24,000 nt of DNA from Gammaproteobacteria bacterium. Lineage in GTDB: Bacteria; Pseudomonadota; Gammaproteobacteria; DSM-19610. The notes under the pieces were generated by a model. It ran no database searches, was not told the origin of the DNA, and worked only from the letters and a program-made list of their open reading frames with translations. A program made the position numbers and the translations under genes. Location of the stretch: positions 6,930 to 30,929 of the forward strand of contig JAZGER010000055.1 of NCBI GenBank assembly GCA_036478835.1, given 5' to 3'. How positions within the stretch are numbered: the first letter of the stretch is position 1; each line of letters starts with the position of its first letter. Positions 1-9,811 of this stretch are shown here, in pieces.

Positions 1-183
1 AGATCAACAACCTACTGTCCTGACAAATTATTGCTTCGCTTCCTTGTGTAAGCATTACCGTCAGCATGGTCGAAAAACACTCAGATAAACTCTAGTATTA
101 ACCATATTATATCAGTTACTTAAGCATTGGTGAGAATAAATAAATGTCCTACACTAGCTACGTAAACTATTTCGACAAATAAC

Positions 184-1476
184 TTAGAAGTTTCTAGATA
201 ATCCCAGACTATATTGGTCTCGATCATAATCGAATATCGACACATTCGACTCGTTATCTGTCCTTACAAAATTACCCGAGAGCGTCCAGTCATTAAGCGT
301 TCCCGCTTTGAAAGCATGCTGAAATCCAACGGTGTAGCGATGCTCATCGTCCTCACGAGAGAATCCAAAATCTGGCTCTTGCCCATCAAAGTCAAATGTC
401 TGATAGCCTGCGCGCGCAAACAGGGATCCGTTTGTCCAGGCTTGCATGACGCCACCAAGAAAGACTTCCCAGCCATCATGACTAAAGCGCTCACCACGCG
501 CATCGAAATCAAACAACTTGCCCCCCACCCGGACAGCGAATTTTTTATCATTCATATAATGTCCCAGCGACGCCCCCAATGATCGATAGTTTCCCTCAAG
601 CGGTTTATTTGATGACTCGTTGTAATCACGGCTGCTGAGCAAACCATTCAGCGAAAATTCTGTATTATCATTTAGCTGCCAGGTAACGTTAGGATTGATC
701 CCGCTAAACAAGGCTAGCGGACTGCCACCTAACCAGATCTGGTCAAACGAAATACCAATACCGGCACGCCAATGTCGAGGCACGACCCAGACAGGCCCCG
801 TCCCCGCGTGTAAAACACCCAGGTTAAAATCGTCTTCATCAAAATAGGCACGGTGATAGTAGCTTGCCTGACTCTGCCATAAAAAATATCCGCTATGCTC
901 TCCGAGCTCAAAACGTTTGCCAGGATTATAGGTATGTGAAATCCCAGGGGTAATAACGAAAGCATTATCATCGCGTTCAACGGCGCTTTCATTGAGCAAA
1001 CCGCCCAGAGGAAGTAGTAATTGATTTTCTGGCCCTACATTCACATTCGTGTCATGCATCAGACCCAGATAAATTGACGGTGTCCAACTATGCTTTACCG
1101 CTCTGTTTTTTTCGTCTTCATCAATTTGCGCTACAAACGCAAGCACAGTCGTTCGAACGGAAGCAGGTGTATTTGGATCATCCAGGACGTGCTGAGCCTG
1201 AGCACGTGCCTGCTTATAGTCTAACGACATGTAATAGGCGCGAGCCAGTTCAAGCCTGGCCCTATGCAACCCAGGGCTGTCACTTAAAATCCCATGAAAT
1301 ATTTCTCTCGCTGTTTTCAAGCGGTCGTTATCCAACGCATCCAGGCCGGATGAGAATTCGTCATCTAATTGTCCAGACGTGGCCGTCACGCTCACCAATA
1401 GACAAAGAAAGAATGAGGCAAGCCCAGGAAACCCAGGCTTGAGTTTAGTCGATAACTGTATATTCTCTTGATCCAC
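184..1476 (-). CDS. Outer-membrane beta-barrel protein with N-terminal TPR-like region; architecture resembles Slam/DUF560 (type 11 secretion) family
   Basis: 430 aa. Has an N-terminal signal-like segment (FFLCLLVSVTATSG). A helical TPR-like stretch follows (LKTAREIFHGIL...RARLELARAYYMSLDYKQARAQAQHVL). The last ~300 aa are rich in alternating aromatic/Gly strands and end in the OMP beta-signal YSLGLSRNF with a terminal Phe. The family assignment rests on architecture only. Confidence 0.6.
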   Translation of the reverse strand: MDQENIQLSTKLKPGFPGLASFFLCLLVSVTATSGQLDDEFSSGLDALDNDRLKTAREIFHGILSDSPGLHRARLELARAYYMSLDYKQARAQAQHVLDDPNTPASVRTTVLAFVAQIDEDEKNRAVKHSWTPSIYLGLMHDTNVNVGPENQLLLPLGGLLNESAVERDDNAFVITPGISHTYNPGKRFELGEHSGYFLWQSQASYYHRAYFDEDDFNLGVLHAGTGPVWVVPRHWRAGIGISFDQIWLGGSPLALFSGINPNVTWQLNDNTEFSLNGLLSSRDYNESSNKPLEGNYRSLGASLGHYMNDKKFAVRVGGKLFDFDARGERFSHDGWEVFLGGVMQAWTNGSLFARAGYQTFDFDGQEPDFGFSREDDEHRYTVGFQHAFKAGTLNDWTLSGNFVRTDNESNVSIFDYDRDQYSLGLSRNF

Positions 1477-1560
1477 GATCTTCCCCGGTTAATACTTCGG
1501 TTTAACGATCTTAATCTTTACTCTTTTGGATTCTATAGGACAGACTGTAATTTCTCAAAT

Positions 1561-2202
1561 ATGCGAAACTCTCTCAAATATCTTAGACGGCTAATTGTTA
1601 GCCTCGTCTTACTACCCTGCACAATAAGCGCCAATTTTCCGTCTTCTCTGTTCGGGTTCCAACAGGAACAGCAAACGGATATTAGCGTATTCCTGCAATG
1701 GGTTCGCGTGCTAGAGAACCATATCAAGCTAGACACGCCTGAAGGCAATTGCGATGAAAAGTCATTCAATCGCTGCCACTTGAGAAACTGGCAGGCATTT
1801 CTTGGAGAGATTCGTCAACTACCACTAAAGCAGCAGTTAACCCAGGTAAACCGATACGCTAACAGTAAAAAATACATCCTCGACATGGATAATTATGGCA
1901 TGAGCGATTACTGGGCAGTGGCTAGAGAGTTCCTCTACAATGGAGGGGATTGCGAAGATTACGCCATCATTAAACTGTTTTCCCTGCGGTGGTTAGGTTT
2001 TTCCGTGGAATCAACACGAATTGTTATTCTGCAGGACACCAATTTAAGAGTTGCCCACGCCGTACTTGCAGTTGAAAACAAGGGCGACATTATGATCCTG
2101 GACAACCAGATTGAAGAAGTCGTTTCGCACAAAGAAATTGTTCACTATTCGCCTGTTTATTCAATCAATGAAAACAACTGGTGGCTACACTTGCCTAACT
2201 AG
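1561..2202 (+). CDS. Periplasmic/secreted transglutaminase-like cysteine protease (BTLCP / LapG-type, Peptidase C93)
   Basis: Motif GGDCEDYAIIK supplies the catalytic Cys with flanking Ca-binding Asp/Glu. Downstream RVAHAVLAV (His) and ILDNQ (Asp) complete a Cys-His-Asp triad with BTLCP spacing. I chose the start at ATG 1561 because MRNSLKYLRRLIVSLVLLPCTISA is a signal peptide. The ORF-track start at 1468 is a TTG that overlaps the divergent gene. Confidence 0.8.
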   Translation: MRNSLKYLRRLIVSLVLLPCTISANFPSSLFGFQQEQQTDISVFLQWVRVLENHIKLDTPEGNCDEKSFNRCHLRNWQAFLGEIRQLPLKQQLTQVNRYANSKKYILDMDNYGMSDYWAVAREFLYNGGDCEDYAIIKLFSLRWLGFSVESTRIVILQDTNLRVAHAVLAVENKGDIMILDNQIEEVVSHKEIVHYSPVYSINENNWWLHLPN

Positions 2203-2227
2203 TTTTCTTATAGACTGCCTGAGACGT

Positions 2228-2659
2228 TTATCCAACATCAGGTAATTTCCCTGTGGCCTGATACTGAAGGTAATCTTGCAGGATCAACTCGTGGTCAAAA
2301 ACCAATGCTGGATAGTCTTCCGCCAAATAATAATCAAGCTTAGCCGCATCATCAGCTGCTTTTGCATCGCCTTCTCCTTGAGCAATATAAACAGCACTCA
2401 CGGTATGCATTCTTTTGTCGCGGGCGGGATCAGAGTAGCAACCTAGCAAACACAGCAACTCAACATCCAGTGTTGTTTCTTCCTTAGCCTCACGCATAGC
2501 TGCCTGCTCCAGTGTCTCGCCCACATCCACAAACCCTCCCGGTAGCGCCCAGCCATGCGGAGGGAATTTACGCTCTATGAGGACAATAGGATTCCCAGGC
2601 CGACCTCTCATTTCTATGATGATATCGACAGTCAAGCGTGGCGTAACAGGTTTTCGCAT
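2228..2659 (-). CDS. NUDIX hydrolase
   Basis: 143 aa. Nudix box [24 protein letters not shown] matches GX5EX7REUXEEXGU. Confidence 0.85.
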   Translation of the reverse strand: MRKPVTPRLTVDIIIEMRGRPGNPIVLIERKFPPHGWALPGGFVDVGETLEQAAMREAKEETTLDVELLCLLGCYSDPARDKRMHTVSAVYIAQGEGDAKAADDAAKLDYYLAEDYPALVFDHELILQDYLQYQATGKLPDVG

Positions 2660-2689
2660 TTATTAATACCAGGATATTGAACGCATCTC

Positions 2690-3082
2690 TTAATCATTAA
2701 AACCATGAATTTTGGAATTGCGTAGTTGGCGACGCGCTTTTTTATCCGGTCTGCGCTCAGGGTGAGGCGCATTAGCAGCCATCAGTTTATGTTGTTCGCG
2801 CAGTTGTTCGCGCTGCTTAATACTGTCTTCAGATTCTTCATATAACGTGCGGGCGATGGTCGCCGAACCTCGTTTTTCTGCCAGACCCAGCACGGTGATA
2901 TGAAAGCTCACCCCTTCTTTGTTCACGCGTATTTTATCGCCTACGAGGACATTCCTCGCGGGCTTTATTCGGGCACCATTTAACTGCACTCTGCCTCCGC
3001 TCACTGATTGCACAGCGAGGCTTCGCGTCTTGTAAAATCGTGTCGCCCACAGCCATTTGTCGATTCTTACCGAGTCAGTCAT
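2690..3082 (-). CDS. hslR: Ribosome-associated heat-shock protein Hsp15 (S4-domain RNA-binding)
   Basis: 130 aa. VRIDKWLWATRFYKTRSLA, then PHPERRPDKKARRQL, align along the whole length with E. coli HslR (RLDKWLWAARFYKTRALA ... PHPDRRPDKKERRDL). Confidence 0.88.
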   Translation of the reverse strand: MTDSVRIDKWLWATRFYKTRSLAVQSVSGGRVQLNGARIKPARNVLVGDKIRVNKEGVSFHITVLGLAEKRGSATIARTLYEESEDSIKQREQLREQHKLMAANAPHPERRPDKKARRQLRNSKIHGFND

Positions 3083-3112
3083 CGCAAAAAACCGATTAAG
3101 TTAACGTCCTGC

Positions 3113-4651
3113 TTACTCGGCCAATCTTGCTTCAACAACTACAGATTGTAATGTTTTGAGCTGCTCCTGGCTAAGGTTGAGGTTAAGGTCAATCACTTTT
3201 TTAGTCTTCGCAGCCAACGTGCCCTGCAAATTGAGTTTACCCGTACGACTCCGCCCTCTTCCATCTGCATGTTTGATAGCAACAACGATACCAGTGACCG
3301 CTTTTGGCGTGGTATTAGTAAGCTGCGCTTTAAGACGACCGGATTTGTCCAGACCAGTTTTTACTTTAATGTACTTACCGGGATTATCGACAAGATCAAT
3401 TTCAATCAGAGAGCCGTAGGCCGCCTTTCCCGTTGTCCCTTTGTCCTGAGCAGCAGCAGTGAAATATTTCACTGCCGTCGCTCTATCGCCTGCATGTAAC
3501 GACAGGTTGCCTAATGCATTTTTAGCTTCAGCCGTGGGAAGCAACTTTAAACTCCGATCCAGGTCACGCTTCGCCTGGTTATAGCTGCCAAGCTCTTCGT
3601 TAACCAGACCGCGCTGTAGGTGATAGTAAAAAAACTCATCATTTAGTGACAACGCCTTATCGTAGTAAGTTTTTGCTCGACGATAATTATGTTTCTTCTG
3701 CTCAATATCACCCAGCAGGGCCTGAAAGTTTCCTTCCCTGGGCTCTAATTTGGTGGCTCGTTTTGCAAGCGTCAGTGCTTTTGAGGTATCGCCATCAGCC
3801 AGTGCTTTTCGGGCTTTATCGTAAGCCTCATAGGCCGGTTTGGCTGCCATCATTCGTGACATTTTTTTCTGGTATTGGCCAGCGCCAGTCTCTCCACCTA
3901 CCGGTAGCTTTGCCAGCATTGCAATATTATTCTGAACCCGCTCCTGCGAAGGGGGATGACTGGCAAACATGCCAGAGATCCAGTCCTGTCGTTTGCCTTC
4001 AGATAATTTAACGAAGGTCTTTTGCAAATCCACGGCACCTTGAGGGTTATAACCTGCCCGCGACATGTAAATCATGCCGTAGTGATCCGATTCACGCTCG
4101 GCATCCCGGCCATATTTTTGTGTCACTAACTGTCCACCAACATTGGCGCCCATGGCAGCGAGCTGAGCATAATCCTTTCCCTGAGTCGCGATAACCGTTG
4201 CCATCATAGCGCCCTGTAACAACATCCCACGAGACTGACTTCGGGCTGTGTGTTTCGCTGCGGCGTGCACAATCTCGTGGCCAAGGACGGCGGCGAGTTC
4301 GGCCTCGCTTCCCAACTCTGTTAAAAGCCCGCGGTTAATCGCAATTTTACCACCCGGCAATGCCCAGGCATTGGGTACTGAACTATTGAGCACCTTAAAC
4401 TCATAAGGTAATTTACGATCACTCACTGCAGCAAGCTTTTGACCAATCCTGTCCACATAGGCCGTGAGCTCCTTATCAACAGTATAGTCACCGCCCTGGG
4501 ATTGACGGCTAGGTGAATAATATTTCTCACCAATCTGCATCTCTTGCGCTTCAGAGACCAGACTAAGTTCATTTTTTCCGGTAACCGGGTTAACCGCACA
4601 ACCACCCACAAACATCAGGGAAGAAAACAACAGGGCAATAATTTTATTCAT
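3113..4651 (-). CDS. M48-family zinc metalloprotease lipoprotein with C-terminal TPR repeats (BepA/YfgC-like)
   Basis: HEXXH zinc motif in GHEIVHAAAKH. TPR-like C-terminal half (YYDKALSLNDEFFYYHLQRGLVNEELGSYNQAKRDLDRSLKL). Start chosen at ATG 4651, giving MNKIIALLFSSLMFVGGC with a lipobox-like VGGC and a GAGGAG Shine-Dalgarno 8 nt upstream. This start overlaps the upstream stop codon (ATGAATAA). Confidence 0.8.
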   Translation of the reverse strand: MNKIIALLFSSLMFVGGCAVNPVTGKNELSLVSEAQEMQIGEKYYSPSRQSQGGDYTVDKELTAYVDRIGQKLAAVSDRKLPYEFKVLNSSVPNAWALPGGKIAINRGLLTELGSEAELAAVLGHEIVHAAAKHTARSQSRGMLLQGAMMATVIATQGKDYAQLAAMGANVGGQLVTQKYGRDAERESDHYGMIYMSRAGYNPQGAVDLQKTFVKLSEGKRQDWISGMFASHPPSQERVQNNIAMLAKLPVGGETGAGQYQKKMSRMMAAKPAYEAYDKARKALADGDTSKALTLAKRATKLEPREGNFQALLGDIEQKKHNYRRAKTYYDKALSLNDEFFYYHLQRGLVNEELGSYNQAKRDLDRSLKLLPTAEAKNALGNLSLHAGDRATAVKYFTAAAQDKGTTGKAAYGSLIEIDLVDNPGKYIKVKTGLDKSGRLKAQLTNTTPKAVTGIVVAIKHADGRGRSRTGKLNLQGTLAAKTKKVIDLNLNLSQEQLKTLQSVVVEARLAE

Positions 4652-5285
4652 TGTATGAACTCCTCGACAGACAGGCATCAGCTGCCGCTGCATAAAGCTG
4701 TGTAAGAGAAACCACGCCATCCAGACGTTTATCCCCGATAATAAAAATGGGTGTTGCCTCCACTTTCAGCGACGTTGCATTGTCGCAGTAAGCCTGCAAA
4801 TAGGATTCATATTGGGGATCACCCCACGCATCATCTATTAAATCAGAAGGCAAGCCAACGACGCGACTTATCTGCCGCAACACCTCTTTGTCTCCGATGT
4901 TATCACCTTTAACAAACAGTGTTTCGAACAAACCCTGATGGAGCCGGTAAAATTTTGATACGTCATAGCGCTTCGTCGCTTCAGCAAGCAACAGTGTAGA
5001 ATGTGAATTGGTCGTCAGCCTACAATCGCCCAGCGCCAACCCATCTTCCGCAGCGAGCGCTTGTAATGATGCCATAATCTGAGCCCAGGTGGTGTCCGAA
5101 TAGCCCAGAGAGGAAACAGAGACGCCTTTCGCAGACGTTTCAGGATGAATTTCAAGAGGATTCCAGTTAACTTTCAGATCATACTGATCCCGCAAGCGAT
5201 TAAGTCTTGCGTCACCGATATAACAAAAGGGACAGATATAGTCACTGAAAACCGTTACCTGGAGTTTAGGTTTCAATGATGCCAC
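4644..5285 (-). CDS. DsbA-family thiol:disulfide oxidoreductase, FrnE-like; no signal peptide, so probably cytoplasmic
   Basis: 213 aa. CPFC active site in VFSDYICPFCYIGD near the N-terminus, with a thioredoxin-fold length. No hydrophobic leader. Confidence 0.8.
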   Translation of the reverse strand: MASLKPKLQVTVFSDYICPFCYIGDARLNRLRDQYDLKVNWNPLEIHPETSAKGVSVSSLGYSDTTWAQIMASLQALAAEDGLALGDCRLTTNSHSTLLLAEATKRYDVSKFYRLHQGLFETLFVKGDNIGDKEVLRQISRVVGLPSDLIDDAWGDPQYESYLQAYCDNATSLKVEATPIFIIGDKRLDGVVSLTQLYAAAADACLSRSSYNE

Positions 5286-5303
5286 AGCTGCCCCTGACTT
5301 TAA

Positions 5304-7181
5304 TTACTCTGAAAGTTGGACAAGCAAACTGTTCAAACGTTTCACAAAGGCAGAGGGATCTTCCAGTTGTCCACCTTCGCTGAGCATGGCCTGTTCAAAG
5401 AGGATTTTACTCCATTCAACAAATCGATCTTCATCCGACTCATTATCCAGACGATGGACCAGCGAATGCTCAACATTAATTTCGAGAATAGGCTTAGTGT
5501 CAGGAATTTCATGCCCGGCCTGCTTGAGCATTTTTTGTAAATGCACCGCCATCTCTTCATTCTCCAACACAATACAGGAAGGCGAATCGGTCAACCGTTG
5601 ACTGACTCTGACTTCCTTAACGTCATCACCTAAGGCTTTGGTTATTCGCTCAATCAAACCCTTATTTGCTTCTGCAGCTTCCTCTGCATCGGACGCATCC
5701 TCATCGTCAAGCTTGCCCAGATCCAGTTCACCCTTTGCAATCGATGCAATAGTCTTCCCATCAAACTCTGCCAGATGAGAAGTCAGCCACTCGTCCACAC
5801 GATTGGATAACAAGAGAACTTCGATACCCTTCTTACGGAAAATCTCCAGGTGCGGGCTATTCTTCGCTGCAGCAAAACTATCAGCCGTCACGAAATAAAT
5901 CTTATCCTGACCTTCTTTCATGCGTGCAATATAGTCCTGCAATGAAACCGTTTCTTCATCAGTATCTGATTGCGTTGAAGCAAAGCGTAGCAAGCCAGCA
6001 ACGCGTTCTTTATTAGCAAAATCTTCTGCCGGGCCTTCTTTCAAAACCTGGCCAAATTGCTCCCAGAATTCTGCGTATTGCTCGGGTTCATTCTTAACCA
6101 TACTTTCAAGATGGCTCAAAATCTTTTTCACCGAAGCGCCTTTTATTGAATCGATGAACTTGTTCTTCTGGAGAATCTCACGAGAGACATTCAACGGCAG
6201 GTCATCTGAATCCACTACACCACGAATGAATCGTAAGTATTGCGGCATAAGATGCTCTGAATCATCCATAATAAATATACGCCGCACATATAATTTAATA
6301 CCGTGCTGTCCATCGCGGTCATATAAATCAAACGGCGCTCGTTTGGGGATATAAAACAGCGTCGTATAGACCTGATTGCCTTCAACCTGATTATGTAACC
6401 AGGACATCGGGTCTTCAAAGTCATGACCTATATTTTTGTAAAACTCTTTGTAATCATCGTCCGAAATTTCTCGCTTGCTGCGCTTCCAGAGTGCTGATGT
6501 GTTGTTAATCGTTTCGAACTCTTCTTCCTTACCCTCTTCTTCTGAGAGCAACTGGATAGGCAAGGAAATATGGTCGGAATACTTTTTAATAACCGAGCGG
6601 ACGCGAAATGCCTCAAGGAATTCATCTTCATCAGCACGTAGATGTAGCACAACATCCGTACCCCGGGCCTCTTTCTTAACGCTTTCCAGGGTATAGCTGC
6701 CTTCGCCAGATGAGGTCCATTCAATGGCCTCATCAGCGCCAGCACGGCGAGTGGTCAGCGTCACCTTATCAGCAACAATAAATGAAGAGTAAAAACCCAC
6801 CCCAAACTGACCAATCAGCTCCATATCCTGACTTTGATCACCGGAAAGCGATTCGAAAAATTGACGTGTACCCGATTTTGCTATTGTGCCAATATTCTCT
6901 ACGACTTCTTCCCTTGTCATACCAATACCGTTATCACTAATCGTCACGGTACGCTGCTCTTTATCTACAGTGACCCGTACGCGCAAGTCGCTATCACCAT
7001 CAAACAAAGCATCATTAGACAAAGCCTCAAAACGCAGCTTGTCGCAGGCATCAGATGCATTGGAAATTAATTCACGCAGAAAAATTTCCTTATTGGAATA
7101 AAGCGAATGAATCATCAAGTGAAGCATCTGGCGAGCTTCAGTTTGGAATTCCAGGGTTTCTTTTTTGGTTTCAGTCGTCAT
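5304..7181 (-). CDS. htpG: Molecular chaperone HtpG (Hsp90)
   Basis: 625 aa. The GHKL ATPase N-terminus ([48 protein letters not shown]) is the canonical HtpG signature. Confidence 0.97.
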   Translation of the reverse strand: MTTETKKETLEFQTEARQMLHLMIHSLYSNKEIFLRELISNASDACDKLRFEALSNDALFDGDSDLRVRVTVDKEQRTVTISDNGIGMTREEVVENIGTIAKSGTRQFFESLSGDQSQDMELIGQFGVGFYSSFIVADKVTLTTRRAGADEAIEWTSSGEGSYTLESVKKEARGTDVVLHLRADEDEFLEAFRVRSVIKKYSDHISLPIQLLSEEEGKEEEFETINNTSALWKRSKREISDDDYKEFYKNIGHDFEDPMSWLHNQVEGNQVYTTLFYIPKRAPFDLYDRDGQHGIKLYVRRIFIMDDSEHLMPQYLRFIRGVVDSDDLPLNVSREILQKNKFIDSIKGASVKKILSHLESMVKNEPEQYAEFWEQFGQVLKEGPAEDFANKERVAGLLRFASTQSDTDEETVSLQDYIARMKEGQDKIYFVTADSFAAAKNSPHLEIFRKKGIEVLLLSNRVDEWLTSHLAEFDGKTIASIAKGELDLGKLDDEDASDAEEAAEANKGLIERITKALGDDVKEVRVSQRLTDSPSCIVLENEEMAVHLQKMLKQAGHEIPDTKPILEINVEHSLVHRLDNESDEDRFVEWSKILFEQAMLSEGGQLEDPSAFVKRLNSLLVQLSE

Positions 7182-7219
7182 TTTTCAGTTCCGTAAATGC
7201 TAATTTTAAGATAAAAGTA

Positions 7220-7247
7220 TAATGGGGTTTTTTTAACTCAATTCAAG
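7220..7247 (-). promoter_or_regulatory. Sigma-32 (heat-shock) promoter for htpG
   Basis: The minus strand reads GGCCTTGAA-TTGAGTTAAAAAAA-CCCCATTATA. CTTGAA (7247..7242) and CCCCATTA (7227..7220) are separated by 14 nt, matching the RpoH consensus CTTGAA-N13-17-CCCCATNT. The site lies ~40 nt upstream of the htpG ATG and overlaps the last codons and stop of ogt. Confidence 0.7.
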
Positions 7248-7742
7248 GCCTTCATGGTGCAATAGCCAACGCTTTATAGATATCATTTTTCCATCCCTGT
7301 TTCCGGCAAACCCACCTAACCCTGAAGCAGAAATAACCCGGTGGCAGGGCACAAGCACAGGAACAGGATTTTCCCGGCAGGCACCACCGACGGCTCTAGG
7401 GCTGCTGCCTAACTTTCTTGCAAGCTCTCCATAGGTCAAAACCTCACCAGCACGAATTGTTCGTAAGGCTTGCCAGACTGTTTTCTGGAAGGGGGTTCCT
7501 ATGAATTTTACGGAAAATTCCAGCTCAACGTTCGCCTGCTCCAGGTAAGCCTGCAAACTGTCTACAGCCATAACGGCATCAGCATGGAGGGGGTTTTTGC
7601 AAGCGCGCTTACCGAGGAAATCAACTCTACTGACGGAACGCCCGTCCATTTTCAACCCGAGCGAACCAAACTGCCAGGGAAGAATAGCGTCGTATTCTGA
7701 TGATTTAAGAATAGGCCGTGGCATGGGAAATGGCAGTGTCAC
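7233..7742 (-). CDS. ogt: Methylated-DNA--protein-cysteine methyltransferase
   Basis: Active-site VPCHRVISASG (PCHRV motif) plus TYGELARKLGSSPRAVGGACRENP. The start is uncertain: GTG at 7742 or ATG at 7724. Confidence 0.9.
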   Translation of the reverse strand: MTLPFPMPRPILKSSEYDAILPWQFGSLGLKMDGRSVSRVDFLGKRACKNPLHADAVMAVDSLQAYLEQANVELEFSVKFIGTPFQKTVWQALRTIRAGEVLTYGELARKLGSSPRAVGGACRENPVPVLVPCHRVISASGLGGFAGNRDGKMISIKRWLLHHEGLELS

Positions 7743-7828
7743 CCTTGTTGATCATTCCTGCCAGGCAACAGGAAATAATGAGGCCGGAGCACCTTACGGT
7801 GCAAACAGCCTGCACAACTCGTTTTGTT

Positions 7829-8173
7829 TTACAGTTTTTCTCTAATACGTGCTGACTTACCAGACCTTTCACGCAGATAATACAGTTTAGCGCGACGAAC
7901 GGCACCACGGCGTTTAACGGTTATGCCGCCAATCCCTGTACTGTGCGTCTGAAAAACACGCTCGACGCCTTCGCCATGAGAAATCTTACGAACGGTAAAA
8001 GCAGAATTAAGGCCGCGATTACGCTTGGCAATCACGACACCTTCAAAGGCCTGCAAACGCTCCCGCTCACCCTCTTTCACTTTCACCTGAACAACGACAG
8101 TATCGCCTGGCGAAAAGTCAGGCACATCGCTCTTCATTTGCTCTTTTTCGAGTTGCTGGATAATGTTACTCAT
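7829..8173 (-). CDS. rplS: 50S ribosomal protein L19
   Basis: [14 protein letters not shown]...[40 protein letters not shown] is near-identical to E. coli L19. ATG at 8173 is preferred over the adjacent GTG at 8176. Confidence 0.97.
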   Translation of the reverse strand: MSNIIQQLEKEQMKSDVPDFSPGDTVVVQVKVKEGERERLQAFEGVVIAKRNRGLNSAFTVRKISHGEGVERVFQTHSTGIGGITVKRRGAVRRAKLYYLRERSGKSARIREKL

Positions 8174-8205
8174 CACTCTTTCCCTATATAACGGGTTAAA
8201 AAATA

Positions 8206-8943
8206 TTACAACGTGCTTTCCTTAATATATTCATCAAGTAATTCCCGCTGCAAACTGCTTAACTGGCAATTATCTAGCAAATCAGGACGCCTTTGCCAGG
8301 TTCGCCCCAATGATTCTTTCATCCGCCACTTTTCAATCGCAGCATGATCGCCGCTGAGTAAAACAGCCGGAACAGAAGATCCTTCACTCTTTTCAGGTCG
8401 GGTATAGTGCGGAAAATCGAGCAATCCATCAGAAAAAGAATCAAACTCCACTGATTTCGGATCACCAACCGTCCCGGGAAGCAAACGGACAATCGCATCA
8501 ATCATCACCATTGCCGCCGGTTCACCACCACTGAGAACATAATCCCCAACTGACCATTCTTCATCGACAAACCGATCAATCACTCGTTCATCAATACCTT
8601 CGTACCGCCCTGCCAATAGTGTGAGCCCTGGCAGGGTACTAAAATGTTTAACGGCGTCCTGATCGAGTTGCCGTCCTTGTGGCGAGAGATAAATCACCGG
8701 ACCCACTGCACCCGCCTCCTGGCTTGCCATAATGGTCGCCGCCAACGGTTGCACCTGCATAACCATTCCCGGACCACCACCATATGGCCGATCATCAACA
8801 CGACCATTCCTGTCCTGAGTGAAATCCCTTGGATTCCAGGTTTGCAAAGAAAAAATGTCTGTCTTTGCCGCTCGTCCTGTCACTCCAAACTGGCAATAGG
8901 ATGTCAGCATTTCAGGGAACAATGTCACTACATCAATGCGCAT
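8206..8943 (-). CDS. trmD: tRNA (guanine37-N1)-methyltransferase
   Basis: [24 protein letters not shown] and GDYVLSGGE motifs. Collinear with E. coli TrmD. Confidence 0.97.
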   Translation of the reverse strand: MRIDVVTLFPEMLTSYCQFGVTGRAAKTDIFSLQTWNPRDFTQDRNGRVDDRPYGGGPGMVMQVQPLAATIMASQEAGAVGPVIYLSPQGRQLDQDAVKHFSTLPGLTLLAGRYEGIDERVIDRFVDEEWSVGDYVLSGGEPAAMVMIDAIVRLLPGTVGDPKSVEFDSFSDGLLDFPHYTRPEKSEGSSVPAVLLSGDHAAIEKWRMKESLGRTWQRRPDLLDNCQLSSLQRELLDEYIKESTL

Positions 8944-8966
8944 GTATTACCAGAGCTGGCCTGTAA

Positions 8967-9479
8967 CTAGTAATTCTTATCCCAGTCAACAAGCATTTCT
9001 CTTCTCTCAAGACTAACCTCTAACACGGTATTCCCCATCACAAAGGGAATAAGCCGTTCACGCTCACCAATAACCACCAGAACATCGTGAGCTCCGGTTT
9101 CAAGCAAGTGATCTATCTTGCCCAGAGGCTCGCCTTGCCTGTTAATCACAGCAAGTCCCGTCAGGTCATTCCAGTAAAACTCATCAGCCTGCAATTTGGG
9201 CAGCTGGTCGCGTAATATCGAGAGTTCAATCCCAATCATCTGGTAGGCAATATCTCTGTCGTCACAGTGCTTTAGTTTGACGACAATTCCTTTACCCTGA
9301 ACTCTGCCAGCTTCTACTTCCCTGATTTGCCATTCGCCAGCTTGAAAAAGGTACCAGGGCTGATAATTCAGGATATTCTCTCGGGGTTTGGTGTAGGAAA
9401 AAACCTTCACCCAACCTCGAACACCGTGCACACCGGATATTCGACCGACAGCTAGTCGCTGCTGCTCGTCGTTTTCCAA
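8967..9479 (-). CDS. rimM: 16S rRNA processing protein RimM
   Basis: VGRISGVHGVRGWVKVFSYT N-terminus and a PRC-barrel-like C-terminus. Sits between rpsP and trmD. Confidence 0.93.
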   Translation of the reverse strand: MENDEQQRLAVGRISGVHGVRGWVKVFSYTKPRENILNYQPWYLFQAGEWQIREVEAGRVQGKGIVVKLKHCDDRDIAYQMIGIELSILRDQLPKLQADEFYWNDLTGLAVINRQGEPLGKIDHLLETGAHDVLVVIGERERLIPFVMGNTVLEVSLERREMLVDWDKNY

Positions 9480-9722
9480 TTACTGTTGCTGATCCTTGAT
9501 TAGCTTTGCAACGCGATCAGAGGGCTGAGCACCCTGACCTATCCAGTGTTGAATACGATCAACATCCATGCGCAAACGTTCTTCCTGCCCTTTTGCTAGC
9601 GGGTTAAAGAAACCGACACGCTCAATGTAACGACCGTCACGGCGGTTGCGGCTATCGGTTACTACCACATGATAAAATGGGCGTTTTTTTGCACCGCCGC
9701 GGGACAAGCGAATTGTCACCAT
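9480..9722 (-). CDS. rpsP: 30S ribosomal protein S16
   Basis: [41 protein letters not shown]. Start set at ATG 9722 with a GAGGA Shine-Dalgarno upstream. The ORF-track start at 9758 is an upstream extension. Confidence 0.97.
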   Translation of the reverse strand: MVTIRLSRGGAKKRPFYHVVVTDSRNRRDGRYIERVGFFNPLAKGQEERLRMDVDRIQHWIGQGAQPSDRVAKLIKDQQQ

Positions 9723-9783
9723 GAATATATCCTCAAATCTGCTTAAAAAATGCAGCAACGATCACTGCTTTGGTAAACCCGCC

Positions 9784-9811
9784 ATTGTACTGGCTTTGTA
9801 ACAAAAGTGAA
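9784..9811 (-). promoter_or_regulatory. Possible sigma-70 promoter of the rpsP-rimM-trmD-rplS operon
   Basis: Minus strand reads TTCACT (9811..9806), a 16-nt spacer, then TACAAT (9789..9784). This is ~60 nt upstream of the rpsP ATG, with AT-rich sequence upstream. Motif match only. Confidence 0.3.

Noticed and set aside
214-1442. Plus-strand ORFs 214..582 and 1074..1442 (122 aa each) and minus-strand ORFs 264..551 and 729..992, all inside the OMP gene
   Set aside because: They are shadow ORFs nested in a longer gene that has clear signal, TPR and beta-signal features. None has a recognisable motif or ribosome-binding site.
1468-1560. N-terminal extension of the BTLCP ORF from a TTG at 1468
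   Set aside because: It overlaps the divergent gene's start and places 31 non-signal residues ahead of an obvious signal peptide. ATG 1561 is the better start.
4652-4720. Upstream extension of the M48 protease ORF to 4720
   Set aside because: The extension lies inside the DsbA-like gene. The internal ATG at 4651 has a GAGGAG Shine-Dalgarno and yields a lipoprotein signal.
7743-7828. Short hairpins after rplS (GCACC-GTAA-GGTGC and TTCCTG-N8-CAGGAA) as an operon terminator
   Set aside because: Neither is followed by a U-tract on the minus strand. Read-through into ogt seems at least as likely, so no terminator is called.
9723-9758. Upstream extension of rpsP to 9758
   Set aside because: S16 universally starts MVTIRL, and a GAGGA Shine-Dalgarno precedes ATG 9722.
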